A stretch of 64,000 nt of DNA from Ramazzottius varieornatus (lineage: Eukaryota > Animalia > Tardigrada), in contig BDGG01000010.1 in assembly GCA_001949185.1 (NCBI GenBank), positions 1,745,773 through 1,809,772 on the forward strand. Reading direction: 5' to 3'. The notes beneath the pieces were generated by a model. The model worked only from the letters and a program-made list of their open reading frames with translations. It did no database searches and was not told where the DNA came from. Shown in pieces: positions 38,792-51,964 of the stretch. The stretch's first letter is position 1; every line of letters starts with the position of its first letter. Both the position numbers and the translations under genes were made by a program.

Positions 38792-41175
38792 TTATTCCAT
38801 TGTGGGTCGGTAGGACTCCAATGGGGAGATTCTTCCAGCTGAGATCTGTGATAAAATGAAACATTTCGTTACATATGAACTCCACCATCAAGGGCTCAAA
38901 TCAGATCCCATTTGTCACATATGCCCGTGCAATATTCCTACCTGTGCTTATACTCCAACGACCGGTCGTTAGGCTATGGACCTTCGTAGACGAAAGGTTT
39001 TCGGAAAACGAACCTTTTCCGGAAGATGACGTCGAGATGCTCACTTCTGAAACAACAGGCCTTTCATACGCGTGAACGACAAACGGTTCATAAAAAAAAT
39101 ACTAAGACGAAATTTCATTGACCTTTCTTTACATCTTCGACCGTTTTGACCGGATTTTGATTCTCATCATTGACGGTGGAGCTAGGCGACTTTGCGGACC
39201 AATTACTTAGGCTTGGGTACGCTGCTTTGCACAGTTTCATGATATCTTGCATGAACTTGAACTCCTTCTGATTTGATACGCCTACTTTGGCGATCCTGCA
39301 AGTACATAACAGGGATCCGGCGGAAAATTTACGGAAGGACAAATCGAGAACGGCGTTTAGTCGATATCTTCACGCACTTTTCCAGGACAGGTAGTGCGAA
39401 CCGAGACGGTCTCGATATGATGTATTTGGCAACGGACACAAAATTCACGGGATCCCACATTCGAGTTGACGATTTTCTATCTGCAAAGTTTCACCGTCAT
39501 ACAGAACTAGCCATTTCAAAATTCGGTCAAAGTCGAAAACCGGAAGTGCTTTCTGGTATTTTTGTCGACATTTCTTCATTCGCGTACGTACTTGTTGGCA
39601 AAATTTCCACTAGGATGCACAGAATCCAGGCGCATGTCAGATGGTCTCTTTCGGGGTTTTGGTCTCCCATTAGCTGGGCGAGCGTGCTGAGAAGGCAATT
39701 GGCACCTCCGGGAAAGCTGAGAACATGTTTGACGAGGAAGTACCATTCGTCACGAGAGGTGCTTGGCAGTCCAGGTGGTAAGGAATCACGTAATGCATGT
39801 ATCTCCTCACCTGCAAAACGAACAGCCGAGTTTGACTATTCCGGGTTCGAACATCGTTTATGATAATCGAACCAGCCTGAGGGTTAACCGGTAAGGTCGC
39901 AATCTTACTTGAGCCAAGCTTGTCTAAAGAAACTTCCGAAGGAGACAAGAACTCTTCCGCTAGAACGTTAGTGAGAACGTCGAGATTCTGGTAAGAGTTT
40001 TGAGTGAGAAAATCAGTGATCGCTGATAAATGGGCTTCCAGTTGTTTTCGGTTCGCCTTTCGCCAGTTTTTCTTTGCCTTAGCCTGGGAGAAACACGGAG
40101 CCACCATTGAATCGTGTGACTTTCAAGTTGTAACTCCTGAATGCAAATAACTCACGTCACGCTGGATTATTTCACGTAGACTTAGAAGATCTGTCCGAAT
40201 CTGCTGGCACAAAGCATCGGCATCTCGCTTGGATTCCTTTGACCGTAACAGGTTATCGCTTCTGTTAATCCGTCTTTCCTCGTCATCCCAAAACTTCGTC
40301 TGCAGAGTTAGATAGAAACACTGTGATATGGATATAAGTGTGGTTGAATTATCGAAAGCGTACTTTGAGCCAGTCAGCGACAAACACCAACTCTTCTTCC
40401 ACCTTACGAGCTTCATGCATATCGCTATGGGAAGAACCGTGGCGAATCTGGACCACCTCCGCCCTCACTCCAAACCGACCACAAATTTTGGCGATGGTGA
40501 CTTCTTTACCGCCATCTCCTCGGCCGCGCATAAACGGCTCCGAAACTTCCTTTACGAACCTGAAACGCAGAGATAAACCACCTGAAGCTTTTGGATTAGC
40601 GAAATAGATACTGCCCACCATGCCCTTTACCTAATAATCGCCATCGAAGCGACCGCGACATCCTTCGAGGCAATAACGGTTCGCTCCGACAATCGGATAG
40701 CACGTAAACCTTCTAGTATAAGGATAGTAAGGACAGCGGCGTCTTGTTTGATATTCCTAAAAGGGAGCACTACGGGGAAGGTCTCAGCAATGATTCAAAA
40801 TACAACAGAGCTTGTACCATGCTTGGGCCCAACAAGTGTTGATGATGTGCTCTAGTCGTTCGATGTTCAGAGAGCGCAAGGCGTCCTTAGTGGGGTTTGC
40901 CAGAACAGGTGCAATCTGACGATACACGTCCAACCATTCCTCTCTAAAGTACAGAACAGTTTGATTATCGGAGTGAGGATGTGGGAGTAAATACTAGAAA
41001 TCTTATGTACCTACCTACTACACCAGGGAGAAATGGGTGACGCTGAAAACAAATGAGCAGGTCTCTCATCCTTGGCTTTTCCTACTTCGGAGAAGGGACG
41101 CTTTCGTGGGACGTTCTTGTAATGGTAGTTCTGCTGCCGATCTTCCTGATAGGGATTATAATCCTGGCGCTCCAT
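38792..41175 (-). CDS. LAS1L: Ribosomal biogenesis protein LAS1-like (HEPN nuclease)
   Basis: PWCS|REEWLDVYRQI, MAIIR|FVKEVSE, HEPN motif IRHGSSH, DWLK|TKFW, and C-terminal GRWSIST|DLSWKNLPIGVL matching the LAS1 W...PxG tail. Confidence 0.82.
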
Positions 41176-41889
41176 GAAAGCTGGAAGACGAGAGTGGAGA
41201 CTGGCCTGAACTGTAAGTTCTTCCACAGATGGATATTCTCGGACGTTCGAAGCTCCTGTCATTCAAGTTCCAACTTCAAGTAGCAGACGCCGACGATCCC
41301 CCTTCAGCAGTTCGAGCGCACTTGCAGTGTTTCTGAACTCTTCTACAAAATTTGCGAATTTTTCCGAATGATCTGTGCAAACTGCAAACGCAAGTTACGC
41401 CTGAACTTCCGGTTGCGACATTTATACAATCAACACCGCAGTTGCGAAATTGGATATCTAGACAATCAACCTCGACCACGATCAATGCTTGAATCAACGA
41501 ATCGGGTAGTTCATTGGTGGATGAACTGCTTGTCCCACCTTCCGGCTAAACTATCGACTTCCCGCTGGTTTGCGGTACGTACCCGGAAGTTGGAACTTAG
41601 GAATCGAAACCACAGGTTTGATCCAATTCATAGATAGTTGTTATCTCGGGACTTTGCACTTTTACGACGGAACTTTGACAACTCTATTTTCTCATGTAGG
41701 ATGTGTAACACTACTGAAGTACTGTGTGCTAGCTATAGTTATGCTAGCTAGGAGCCCAGGAATAAATGGCATTGCACTGAAGTTGAACGAAAAACGCACT
41801 GCCGTTCGAGAAGTATCGTTGGAAGTAGATTCTCTCACATCATTCGTGCTAAACGGAAAGCCACTTGTGATACTTAACCAGCTGATAGG

Positions 41890-43196
41890 ATGGACAAGGA
41901 AGTTGGCAAAGCACCCCGATGGTATTTCGGAGGTAAACCGTACCCACCTGTTGCATTCCCGGCTCTCTGACACCATTGTTTCTGTGTTAACTGAGTTTGT
42001 GCTACTATCAAGCGTACTTGCAGGAATATCCTGCAGCATCGCAGCTTGCTGTACACATCCTTTGGACATGATGAAGGTGAAAAATACGTTCAAATTCGTC
42101 ACAAGCAGCTTTATTACGAGAAGATTGCTGTGTCGTTTCAGGTCCACCTGCAAACCCACACGTCGGCACAAAAGCTATCCATATTTGGTTCCCTAATAAC
42201 CGTGGCTAAAAGCAGAGGGGTTCTTTCACTGTACAATGGACTCAGCGCTTCCGTTTCCCGTGAGGTATGCCATACGCACGAGCGAAACCTAGAACAGAAT
42301 CTGCACAGTAATACTGTACACAGCAATCGGTATTACTGCAGCATTGTGTATTTGTAATGGAAGAGACTGAAAATGAATCTGGGCTTCTAGTCTGTGTATT
42401 CCGGGTTTCGGTTCGCCGTATTCGACATGTTACGCCCCCACCCCGGACAAGAAGCGCACTCGTTCCTTATGAAGGTATTAACAGCAGCTGGGGCAGGTGC
42501 GGCTGGAGGGTTCGTAGGGGCGCCGCTCGACCTGGTGAACGTTCGGATGCTCAACGATGTGAAAGCGGGAGCTACTACTGCTCGAAGATACAAGCACGTC
42601 TTCGATGGTCTGGTCAGGATATGTAGGGAGGAGCATCCGCAAAATCTTTATAACGGAGCCACAATGGTTGTGATACGAGCAATATGCATAACCGTCGGAC
42701 AGTTGAGCTTTTACCACCAAGTTAAAGAAACCCTGCTTGGATTCGACTGGTTCGAAGACACGATCCCCACACACCTTCTGTGCTCGGCAGTTGCTGTAGG
42801 GCAGAGAAAATTCTTGCTGAATTTCACAAGAAAATTCAAGAAGAGAATATGCATCTTGCCTTCTAATTGCAGGCGTGTTCGGCAGCAACGTTAGCCATGC
42901 CTGTTGATGTCATGAAGACCCGGATGCAGAACGACGCTACGGGACAAGCAAAGGTAAGGTATATGAAGGCAAGTCGTGAAACTTCCGCTCCAAGGATGGT
43001 GTCAAAAGTGATTTGTCCCTTCTAGACTATTCGGCAGTGCTTCCTGTACACTCTACGGGAAGGACCCCTGGCCTTCTACAAAGGCTACGTACCGGCACTG
43101 ACGCGAATAGGGTTTCACACTGTCATCACTTTCCTGACTTTCGAGCAACTGCGAATACGTTTCGGTCACAGAACCACAACCGCACAGGAAAGCTGA
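41890..43196 (+). CDS. SLC25A10: Mitochondrial dicarboxylate carrier-like
   Basis: MDKEVGKAPRWYFG|GISCSIAACCTHPLDMMK|VHLQ, PLDLVNVRMLND, TVGQLSFY, PVDVMKTR, FYKGYVPA...EQLR. Three PxDxxK/R carrier repeats. Confidence 0.88.
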
Positions 43197-43765
43197 GCTG
43201 CGACAGTGCGAAGCTCCTTGCTGTTGAAACAGGATCCCGGAAATGTACTGCCACGAGTTTCCTAGCACAGCGACCCGGGCCTGCGAAAGAGAGTACACTG
43301 ATCTCGAGAAAAGAATAGATGTAAACACATATACGTGGACACTTCATAAGGAAAATCAAACGTAAAGACAACACCGAGTTCAGAAGGACAGATGGTCAAC
43401 TCGCGAGCAGTATGATGTAACTTCGTTAATATTGGCGAATAACGGTTGACAACTTGACTCAAACATACTGTGGCCGTATGGCTGATTTGCGCCGATCTTC
43501 GAGAAACCATGAGTTCGCGAATTCGAGCTGAAAAGAACTTAAGTTTAAAATTTCTCGGCACGCTTTCAAGCGTAAAACAATTAAGTAAACTACAAACGAT
43601 CAAGAAGATTGTTTCTGTGAAGCGCCAATCAGAGATGATTATTTTCACACAGCACGTAGGGATGCAAGGAACCAACTCTCCCCCATTGGCACCATACGTG
43701 GGTAACAACAAGACAAGCCGTGGGCTACATGAAGAAGATCTATTACGCCCAAGGTCAAAGGAAGA

Positions 43766-44100
43766 TTAATCTCTAAAACCTACTATCTGATCCGATGAAG
43801 GGAGTTTCCACTCGTCTTCTTTCAAGATCCGATCCGCAGTAGCTCGAAGTTCCAGCATGAGGGCTTGATGGTCTTTGTCTTCTTGTGAGTCTGGCATCCG
43901 CGGAATAATGCTTTGCCCAAAAGGGCCAGGTCTCTTCATGAGGGCTTCTATTTCTTCGCCATCACTGCAGCTGGACGCAACGTCCGCGTCACCTTCGCCT
44001 GCCTCTGGGGAAGCGAACAATCTTCGCGGCATCACAGACAGTTCCGGTGAGGATCTTTGCAGTGTCGAAGTCGTCGTGCTTGCTGTCACCAGGGACGATG
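43766..44100 (-). CDS. ANAPC16: Anaphase-promoting complex subunit 16-like (5' end unresolved)
   Basis: PRRLFASPEAGEG and DHQALMLELRATADRILKEDEWKLPSSDQIVGF resemble APC16 PRKALFTYPKGAGE and LEADEWRFKPIEQLLGF. Internal ATG at 44032. Confidence 0.7.
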
Positions 44101-45082
44101 CTGCAACCACAAAGAAAACCTGGGCTAATTATTCGGATGCGCGCCCGCATAAGGTATTATGGAGTATGGACCTAAAGAAACAAACTCGACAAGACCGCTC
44201 TCCTAAGAGGCGCACGATTTTAGCCAATAACAGCGGAAACTTGCACCAGTCGACAATCTTGTCGCGTTTGCCTGACAAGCTCCATATATTGCCAATCATA
44301 CGGGGGTTTCCTTGTCGGGCTGGTACAGTTGGTGGCATCCTGACGCCAATCCGAAAAAATCACCCGTAGCTCTTAGATTACTGCCTCAATTCGGCTGTCC
44401 GGCTCTTTAAATTCCAGCTTCCACGACTGTACCGAATCCGTGACCTCCGTCACTTCCACGAGGCAGCAGTGCAGTCTCCAAAATCCCAGGATCGATCGCC
44501 ACATCAGGCTTTCACATTCTCACTCTTACATGCAAAGACTCATGGTCCACCAGGTGCGTGAAGAGTCTAGTTCAGAAGCGTGGCAAGGTCTGGGATGATC
44601 GAGAACCTGTCCGAATTTCCGAAATTAACTACTTACGGGAAGTCAGAACCACAACAAAACACAATAATAGACACATTGCGATTTGAAACATTGTTGATTT
44701 GTCGATATAAGAAAAGCCGGGTCTCCTGGCTGGTTGATCTGAAGCTGATTCTTTAGCTGAACTCTTTTCGTTATGATTTTCGGACCCTTTCCTGAATTCT
44801 GGATAATTCGTGCGACTCGCCGCTTACCGTGCAGTGCTTGGGACATCGTATAGCCGCGGAGCATCCGGAGCGACTGGTGGACTTCCGACAGCAACCAACA
44901 GGTAAGATTAACATCATGAAGCGGACATAGCGGGCCGATCTGCATTAGCCTTGCTTGACAAGATTTGCTTCGTTTCAGACGTTTAGTTCTTGACATACAA
45001 AGGGCCACAACGCCAATCCTGTTCGCATATCAGTTGCTACCAGACAATACTACGGCAAAGACTGCTTGCTGTTCTCGGAGCA

Positions 45083-45676
45083 ATGAGCAAACTAGCGCAC
45101 GCCAGTGGGGCGGGGACTTCCGGTCCGTCCTCTCCACCCGGTCCACCTGCACCTCAACAGACATCCGCACCGAAAGCCAGCAGCAACAGGAACACGCGTG
45201 GAGCAGGAGACCATGGAAGGATGGCGCACGATAAGCCCGGACCATCCGAACACAAGTTACCCAAGCTGGAGTACGACCCAAGTGAGTACCAGCTGGTTAA
45301 GCATCTCCCTCGACAGTGCCCGCGTGGACCCGGCGAAGTCTATATAACGCTGAAGACGTCCTTCAAAGCACAGCTGGAGCGATGCAAGAAGCTACTGGAA
45401 GCACCAGGCTGTAAGTCCATCTCGCTTCATGGAATGGGCGCTGCGACGAATCGTGCAGTTAACTTAGCTTTAACGCTTCAAGCCGAGTACGCTGGCCTTC
45501 TCGAGATATCCACGACTACCGGAAGTACGGAGATAACGAATGAGCTTGAACCGTTACGAGATGATCTGGACCCAATTTCCCAGTCGCGTTTCATATCTGT
45601 GATTAACCTGAAGCTCTTCTTTGTAAAATCGTTAGAAGACTTGAAAAAGCCAAAAGAAAATGCTAATAAGCAGTAA
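45083..45676 (+). CDS. POP7: RNase P/MRP subunit Rpp20 (Alba-like)
   Basis: VYITLKTSFKAQLERCKKLL, ISLHGMGAATNRAVNLAL, TGSTEITNELEP, QSRFISVI. P/G-rich N-terminal extension; single-exon CDS. Confidence 0.9.
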   Translation: MSKLAHASGAGTSGPSSPPGPPAPQQTSAPKASSNRNTRGAGDHGRMAHDKPGPSEHKLPKLEYDPSEYQLVKHLPRQCPRGPGEVYITLKTSFKAQLERCKKLLEAPGCKSISLHGMGAATNRAVNLALTLQAEYAGLLEISTTTGSTEITNELEPLRDDLDPISQSRFISVINLKLFFVKSLEDLKKPKENANKQ

Positions 45677-45830
45677 GAAGCCCAGTAAATTTGTCACAGT
45701 CAAAAGATTTCTTCTTTGGCGCAAGTTAATTTACTGGAAAATTTGGTTCTGGTCACAGACTTGGAACAGAAAATAATCATGAAGCATCGCCTTCTTCCAC
45801 CGTAAAAACTTGTCACACAGAATTTCGGCT

Positions 45831-47917
45831 TCACTTCTCGTCGAAAGTGCAGACGATTCCCCAGTGGTCAGACGGGAAAGACTGGGTGCGAGGAGCTTTC
45901 TTTAGACCCACAAGCCCAAAATGGACTGGTTTCAGCTTGGCTAAAGACTGGGCAGGCCGATAGTAAAGGCGGTCGAAGCGACATTGCGGCATGAAACTGA
46001 GTCCTGCACATTTCCGTCCCGCGTTGGTGTTGCGCTTGCAGTCCCAGGTCCACCTGCATTCCGGTCGAGCTGAACACACTTGCCATAAGTCAACCGTAGA
46101 GCTGGGCAAACCACCCGCCAGACCCACCTGATTCAGAACACGAGATTCACGGACAATATTATAGCAAGGACACAAGTAACATAGATGTGACGCTCGGTGC
46201 GATCAGCTTTATCAAAACATAGACTGGGAGGCCACCAGACAGACTCGACAAGATCGTCCTTCTAAGCGGCGCACGCTTTCAGCCAGTAATAATGACAGCG
46301 TGCGGCACTTGTGAAAATACTTTTGCCGAGCTCCCAATTGCTACATACTTGGATTGTGAACTGCGAAATTTAGATCTGGTTAAAGTGCTTACCTCTGGGT
46401 CCCGCAGGTTCAAGTCTCCTCCAAGTATCACCATCTTTTCTGCCTCTTGTGTTTTAATGAAATCAAAACAAGTTCGCAGCTGCACAACGCGCTCTTTGGC
46501 TCCATCCTTCGTGCTTTCCAGATGAGCTGTGGCCAGACAAAATGATACACCTTTCCACACAACCTACAACAGAAAACCGTGGACGAAAACAACGGTTTCC
46601 TTAACTTAAGTTTATCCTGGCTTACCTCTGCACACAGAATATTTCGTCCCATCTTCGTGTTGGCAAACGGCACCACCATGTTTTTCTGCATTGTGACTGT
46701 CGACTTGTGCATCATCATGGCGACGAAGTAGTCGGCTTTAGGTGCCGTTATGAAGCTGTAAGATCCTTTTAAATGAGACTCGAGAATTTCCAGGTTCGTT
46801 GCAACAACTTCCTAAGAACCGGACGGGTAGTATCGTCGTTTGTTCCGTGACAGCCCATGTAGAAACTACACCCCGGTATTCGAATGTCTTACCTGTAGAA
46901 AGACAACGTCAGGGCATTCTTCCTTGATTCCCTCCACGACGCCCAGAGCTCTCTGGTTGAAGTTCTTGTCATCAAGACCTAGAGAGACAACTTCCTAGTC
47001 CATCCCACTTCTGCACCTGAACAGAAACTTATTACCATCAATATTCCAGGACAAAAGCTTGAAGAAGGATCGTTTCATAATGTCGTGGTCGGGTTTCGGA
47101 GAGACTTCCATTTGCCGATCCCCGGAGCTCGAACTGGACGGAGAATTTTCTGCGACTTCCATTTTAACGTTTACAGGAACAGGGTTAGTTGTCTTCTTAG
47201 GTCGCTTCGCCGGCGAGTCTGTCGAGTCCCTGGAAAAGGCGCAACTATAAGAGGGCTAAGAAGCGCGAAACAAACATCTAATCGCACGTGCGATGATGGT
47301 GAAACTTACTCATTTTTGGCTTCGGTCTTTGTATCACTTAACGAACGTTCTAACGGAGTCACCGGTGATGGCAGATCGGTCCAGAAAGAACTGATGGCTG
47401 CCTGCAAGATACACCATCAAGTACCATCTGTACGTAGTTGGGGTTCCAACCATTCGAAAACACACATACTTGCAAATCATAGTTGTATCCAGGTAGAAAG
47501 GTAGCGGCGTATTCTGGCGTCGTGTTGGTCAACTCAGCGAACTTCTGACAGCGCTCAGGACGCACTTTCTCAAGTGCATCAACATCAATCACATCGAACC
47601 CGTTTGCTGTACCAACGCTCTCTTTACTGGATGCCGTATGCTCGAAGTATTGCAACACACTTTGCTGTTAATAAATGTGTCATAAAAATCATGTACGTCA
47701 ATAACACCGGACTACTATGTATCTTGACCGACCACAGTGACAATGTCCAAAGGATTACCTCGAGATCCCAATGATTTCGCTGTAAGTACTGATCAGCAAG
47801 AGGGATGGTTGTGCTGGTGACATCTCTGAATTCCCGACAGCGCCTGGCTCTTTCCTCGCCTCCTGGACCACCGTCATCCTCATCATCTGTCCGAGATCGA
47901 TCATGATCGAAATCCAT
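45831..47917 (-). CDS. TDP2: Tyrosyl-DNA phosphodiesterase 2 with two N-terminal UBA-like domains
   Basis: EEP motifs SWNID|GLD, VFLQ|EV, TAHLES, GGDLNLRD, TWD, RFDR, PSDHWG. Two UBA-like repeats at the N-terminus. Confidence 0.92.
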
Positions 47918-48699
47918 CACACCGCGCTTGGTTCCGAGAACCTAGAGTGAAAATATGCTGACGGAGCAACATGCACATGCGTAACAAGAGCGGCGGCGGC
48001 AAGCTGGCGAATACACGAACTGCGAGGTTAGAAGCCCAGCTTGTTCACCAAAATAAGCTTCGCTATCCTTGATGAGAACAGCAAAGCTTATTGCAGAAAG
48101 AGTTGCGTCCCGGCGCAGGGATGGCAGGACACCCAGCAATCCACATGCATAACCCAAGCAGTAAACAGGCGCACAGGGAGTCAGCATTCTGGGACCGGAA
48201 GTCAGTCTTGTGTAGGAACAAAGATGCAATCACCTGCTGATTAACACAGCCGTGGAGACCCCCAGCTGCACCAACTTTTCCGCGCAAGACAGCGCGATGG
48301 AATCCCGCTAGACCTTGGGAGACAGGATGCCGAACAATTCTAACGAAGGTCTGCTGGGCCAACGGCAACGTCTGCAGCATCGCGTCTCATCATTCGTAGA
48401 AAGCGACTCTCTCCTTACCTTTGCTCGGGCAAGTCTGATCCGTCTTCTCTCAGTCTTCGGTGGTCAGCAGCTCAAATAGAAGCAGCTTCACGTGGAAACA
48501 GAAAGAAGGAATTGGAAGAAATTTCGGAATTCGAACGGAGGAAGAGAAGGACAAAAGGTGATTAGGTGAAACGAAAAGGTTCTTTCCCACTGACGAGCTG
48601 CTAAACCGAGCACTGCTGAGTTGATTGACAATCAATACTGGGCTGCTCGGTTCAGCAGCACGACACTGTCCGTTCTTTTTGTTTTGCTATACAGTACAA

Positions 48700-49173
48700 T
48701 AGTCCTCCTCACGACAGCCCGTAAAACTCCGTTGTGTTGATCTTGAAAGTAGATTACGAAGTTTCGCTTTCAAGATAAGCAGCCCTCGAGTAGCTGATCT
48801 TGAAAGCGAAAACGGATTATTCTCTGCACACTTGACTCAAAATTTCAAATTTGCATTTCTCAGCTGATCTCTGTCTGTACAATGCTTCACGTTGCGAGAT
48901 ACCGTTTCACGTATGGCCTTCTTGATACCAATTAGTGTCAGGGATATCGACAGACAGAGACTAGCCAGAGAGAAAACCATGAATTTCAGCCTAGTCAGGA
49001 GGCAAAGTTTCCTTACAAACCTACCCCGCAAAACTCGCGCATTTCCGCTCCCGTTTCAGAGACTTTCGAAAAACGCAATTTTGCCTCACTCACGACTAAT
49101 TTCCGTTGATCAAGCAAACGCAAATTTTAAATCAACCGTTTGCGACATAAACAGCTCGTCGTGAGGAGGACTA
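48700..49173. mobile_element. ~470-bp non-autonomous DNA transposon (MITE, probable TA target duplication)
   Basis: Perfect 16-bp inverted repeat TAGTCCTCCTCACGAC (48700-48715) / GTCGTGAGGAGGACTA (49158-49173), including terminal TA. Internal hairpin near 48762-48812; no coding capacity. Confidence 0.75.
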
Positions 49174-49921
49174 ATACAGAGACTGCCAAAACGCAAAATC
49201 TTACTAAGTTAGGATGAATGAAGTCAGCTAGTGCACTGAGGAAGAATACCGATTTTCCTTTCCGGTTGGTCTCTTTTCTTTAGATTTTGTTCTGGACTAT
49301 CGGTGCTCCTGCGGTCTGTTCTTATCCGTGGCTTCCTGTAGAGCCAAAGAGGACCTCATCAACTTGAAAGCGTCGAAAGGTAGGCCATCAGAAACATCTA
49401 TCAATAGCTAGAGGCTAGAGGTAGAAGTCGCTATATGCATGTAGTTTGTCAAGTTTCCTCTTATCTCCACCTGATTACGAAATGTCTCATTTTGAACAGA
49501 GTCGTTGGTCTCCTGGACAGCAGAAGCCGAGGTTTTACGGATTTCTTTATCACCGAACGAGGCATAACCAAGCCACCTCTGTACGCGTTTTCATCGGAGG
49601 CATATATGAAAACACCTACTGTTTATCCGACATTCATAAGTTAGTTCGTACTTCACAACCAGCTAGACTCGGCCCTCCTTTACTGCTGATGCTGACGAGG
49701 TAAGAGTCACACCGTTCTTCATCGAGTCTGGATCTATGAGTCTTTCCAAGTACTACGGACTGAGCAACCTCGAAGAACTTCGCTCGGTTTGTTAGCGCAG
49801 TACCCTTGAACCACTGTCTGTTCGTATGCTTTCAGTATATTCCCTGATGAACACATCGTAGTGGACCAAATTACAATCGTGTTCGGGACACAGAACAATC
49901 GCCGTTCCAAGGCCGTCGAAC

Positions 49922-51964
49922 ATGGAAAACAGACCACCAACTGTGCTGTCCGACAGTGGGACAGACAGCTTTGCCGTGTCACTTCCTCCTTCTAATACCA
50001 GCAAGCGGAGTTATATCACAGTTGCCATCTTATTCTTCGTCAACCTTTTAAACTACATTGATCGTTTCACGATAGCCGGAGTTTTGGAAGACGTGGAGGT
50101 CTACTATGGCATTGACAAATCCATGCAGGGACTACTCCAGACCATGTTCATCATCGGCTACATGCTCTTCGCTCCGTTGTTTGGGTATTTGGGTGACCGT
50201 TACTCCCGCAAACTTCTGATGTGCATTGGCATCTTCTTTTGGTCGCTCATGTCACTGGCTGGATCGTTCATCCCTCCTCATGTAACCTCTGACTAGAGTA
50301 CTTTGACAGTTTAAACCACGTTCACCAAAATATCTTTTTCATTGCAGCTCTTCCCTTTGCTTCTTGTGATAAGAGCAGCGGTCGGCGTGGGAGAAGCTTC
50401 GTATTCGACAATTGCGCCGACCATTATTTCCGACCTGTTTACGGGTAAAAGACGATCTCAAATGCTGGGTCTCTTTTACTTCGCCATTCCGGTGGGTAGT
50501 GGTCTGGGATACATGATTGCATCGGGCGTAGCTAAAGCCAGCGGACATTGGCAGTGGGCTCTGCGGGTAAGATCGCCGAACGCCGCCAAATACCGCATTA
50601 TCGGCATCAGACGATATCACTGTTAAGCGTGAATGGCATGTTAGGTTACTCCAGGATTCGGTCTCTTGTCCGTTCTCCTCATAGCCCTCTTCCTGGTGGA
50701 TCCTCCTCGCGGTTCGGCCGAAGGAGGCCAGCACGTGTCCAGCACTTCCTATCTAACCGATCTCAAATCGCTAACGAGGAAGTAAGTTCTCGCAGCCTTA
50801 CAATTTCAAGTAGCAATCCATGATCTGGTATACTACCAATAGTGTGCTAAGTTAATCGATTTCTTTTTGGCAGTCGAAGTTTCGTTGGAGGAACCTTCGG
50901 CTTCACCTGTGTGGCGTTCGTCGCTGGTGCTCTGTCCTTCTGGGCTCCTCAGTTCATGATGTATGGTATTCGGCTGAATACGGGCAACCACGAGATCGGA
51001 CAGACCGAGTAAGTGTTTGGTCGAACTCGCAGCTCAGACCCACTCGACGATTGCTTTTACTAATGCTGCTTGGTTTCGTAGAGTTTCCTTCAATTTCGGA
51101 CTGATCACAGTCTTTGCCGGCATTCTCGGCGTGGGATTAGGCAGCTACGCCTCGCAGAGACTGAGGACGCATTCCGTAACAGCGGATCCTATCATCTGCG
51201 CCTTGGGCATGCTGGTGTGCGCTCCCTTTCTTTTTTTTGCCATATTGGCTTCCCGGTATTATCCGGGTGTCACTTGGGTGGGTCTTTCTTTGATTGTTTC
51301 AGGATTCGTCTGTTCACTTATGCAATAGGGTGTAATCGCATTGGTTTGATTTCAGGCGTTTATATTCTTTGCGGAAGTTTTCCTATGCCTCAATTGGGCA
51401 ATAGTGGCCGACATGGTTTTGGTAAGTTTGTCCGATGTGAGATTACTATGAACCAGTCGATTGTGCAGCAGTTTTGAATTGGGTTTAACTGAATACAATT
51501 CGGTTTGAATGTCGGAATTTCAAATTTTCGTACTAAGGTACCTTTTTGATTACAGTATGTTGTGATCCCTCCTCGACGATCGTCTGCGGAAGCGTTTCAA
51601 ATTCTGGCAAGTCACGCACTAGGTGACGCCATTAGTCCGTATGTTGTTGGTGCTGTAGCCGATGCAATCAAGCGAAGTTATTCCGACCAGTACGATGGGG
51701 ACTGGAACGACTGGAATAGTTTACAGGTGCGTTTCTTGGAGCTCCTTCATTTAGCTCCAGTTAGATAACGCAGATGAGCATGGTACCGCACTGACTGAGA
51801 ATAATGTCCATCTTATTTGTCAGGATTCGTTGTACATCACGACGTTTGTGGCCTTAGCGGGAGCTCTTTGTTTTGTGGTCACATCGTGGTACATCGATGC
51901 TGATAAGAAGAAGGTCGACGACGCAATCAGAGGCTCTGCAGAGTGTGGCCAACCTTCGATGTGA
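49922..51964 (+). CDS. SPNS: Spinster-family MFS transporter
   Basis: [89 protein letters not shown]. Confidence 0.95.

Noticed and set aside
44129-44700. Possible small spliced ORF (faint OB-fold/TEN1-like impression) upstream of ANAPC16
   Set aside because: Requires 29-42 nt introns or a GC donor, and the similarity switches frames; cannot be supported without RNA-seq.
35321-47917. Apparent cluster of RNA/DNA-processing genes (LACTB2, SF3A2, LAS1L, POP7, TDP2)
   Set aside because: Mixed strands with unrelated genes interspersed; expected in a housekeeping-dense region without synteny evidence.
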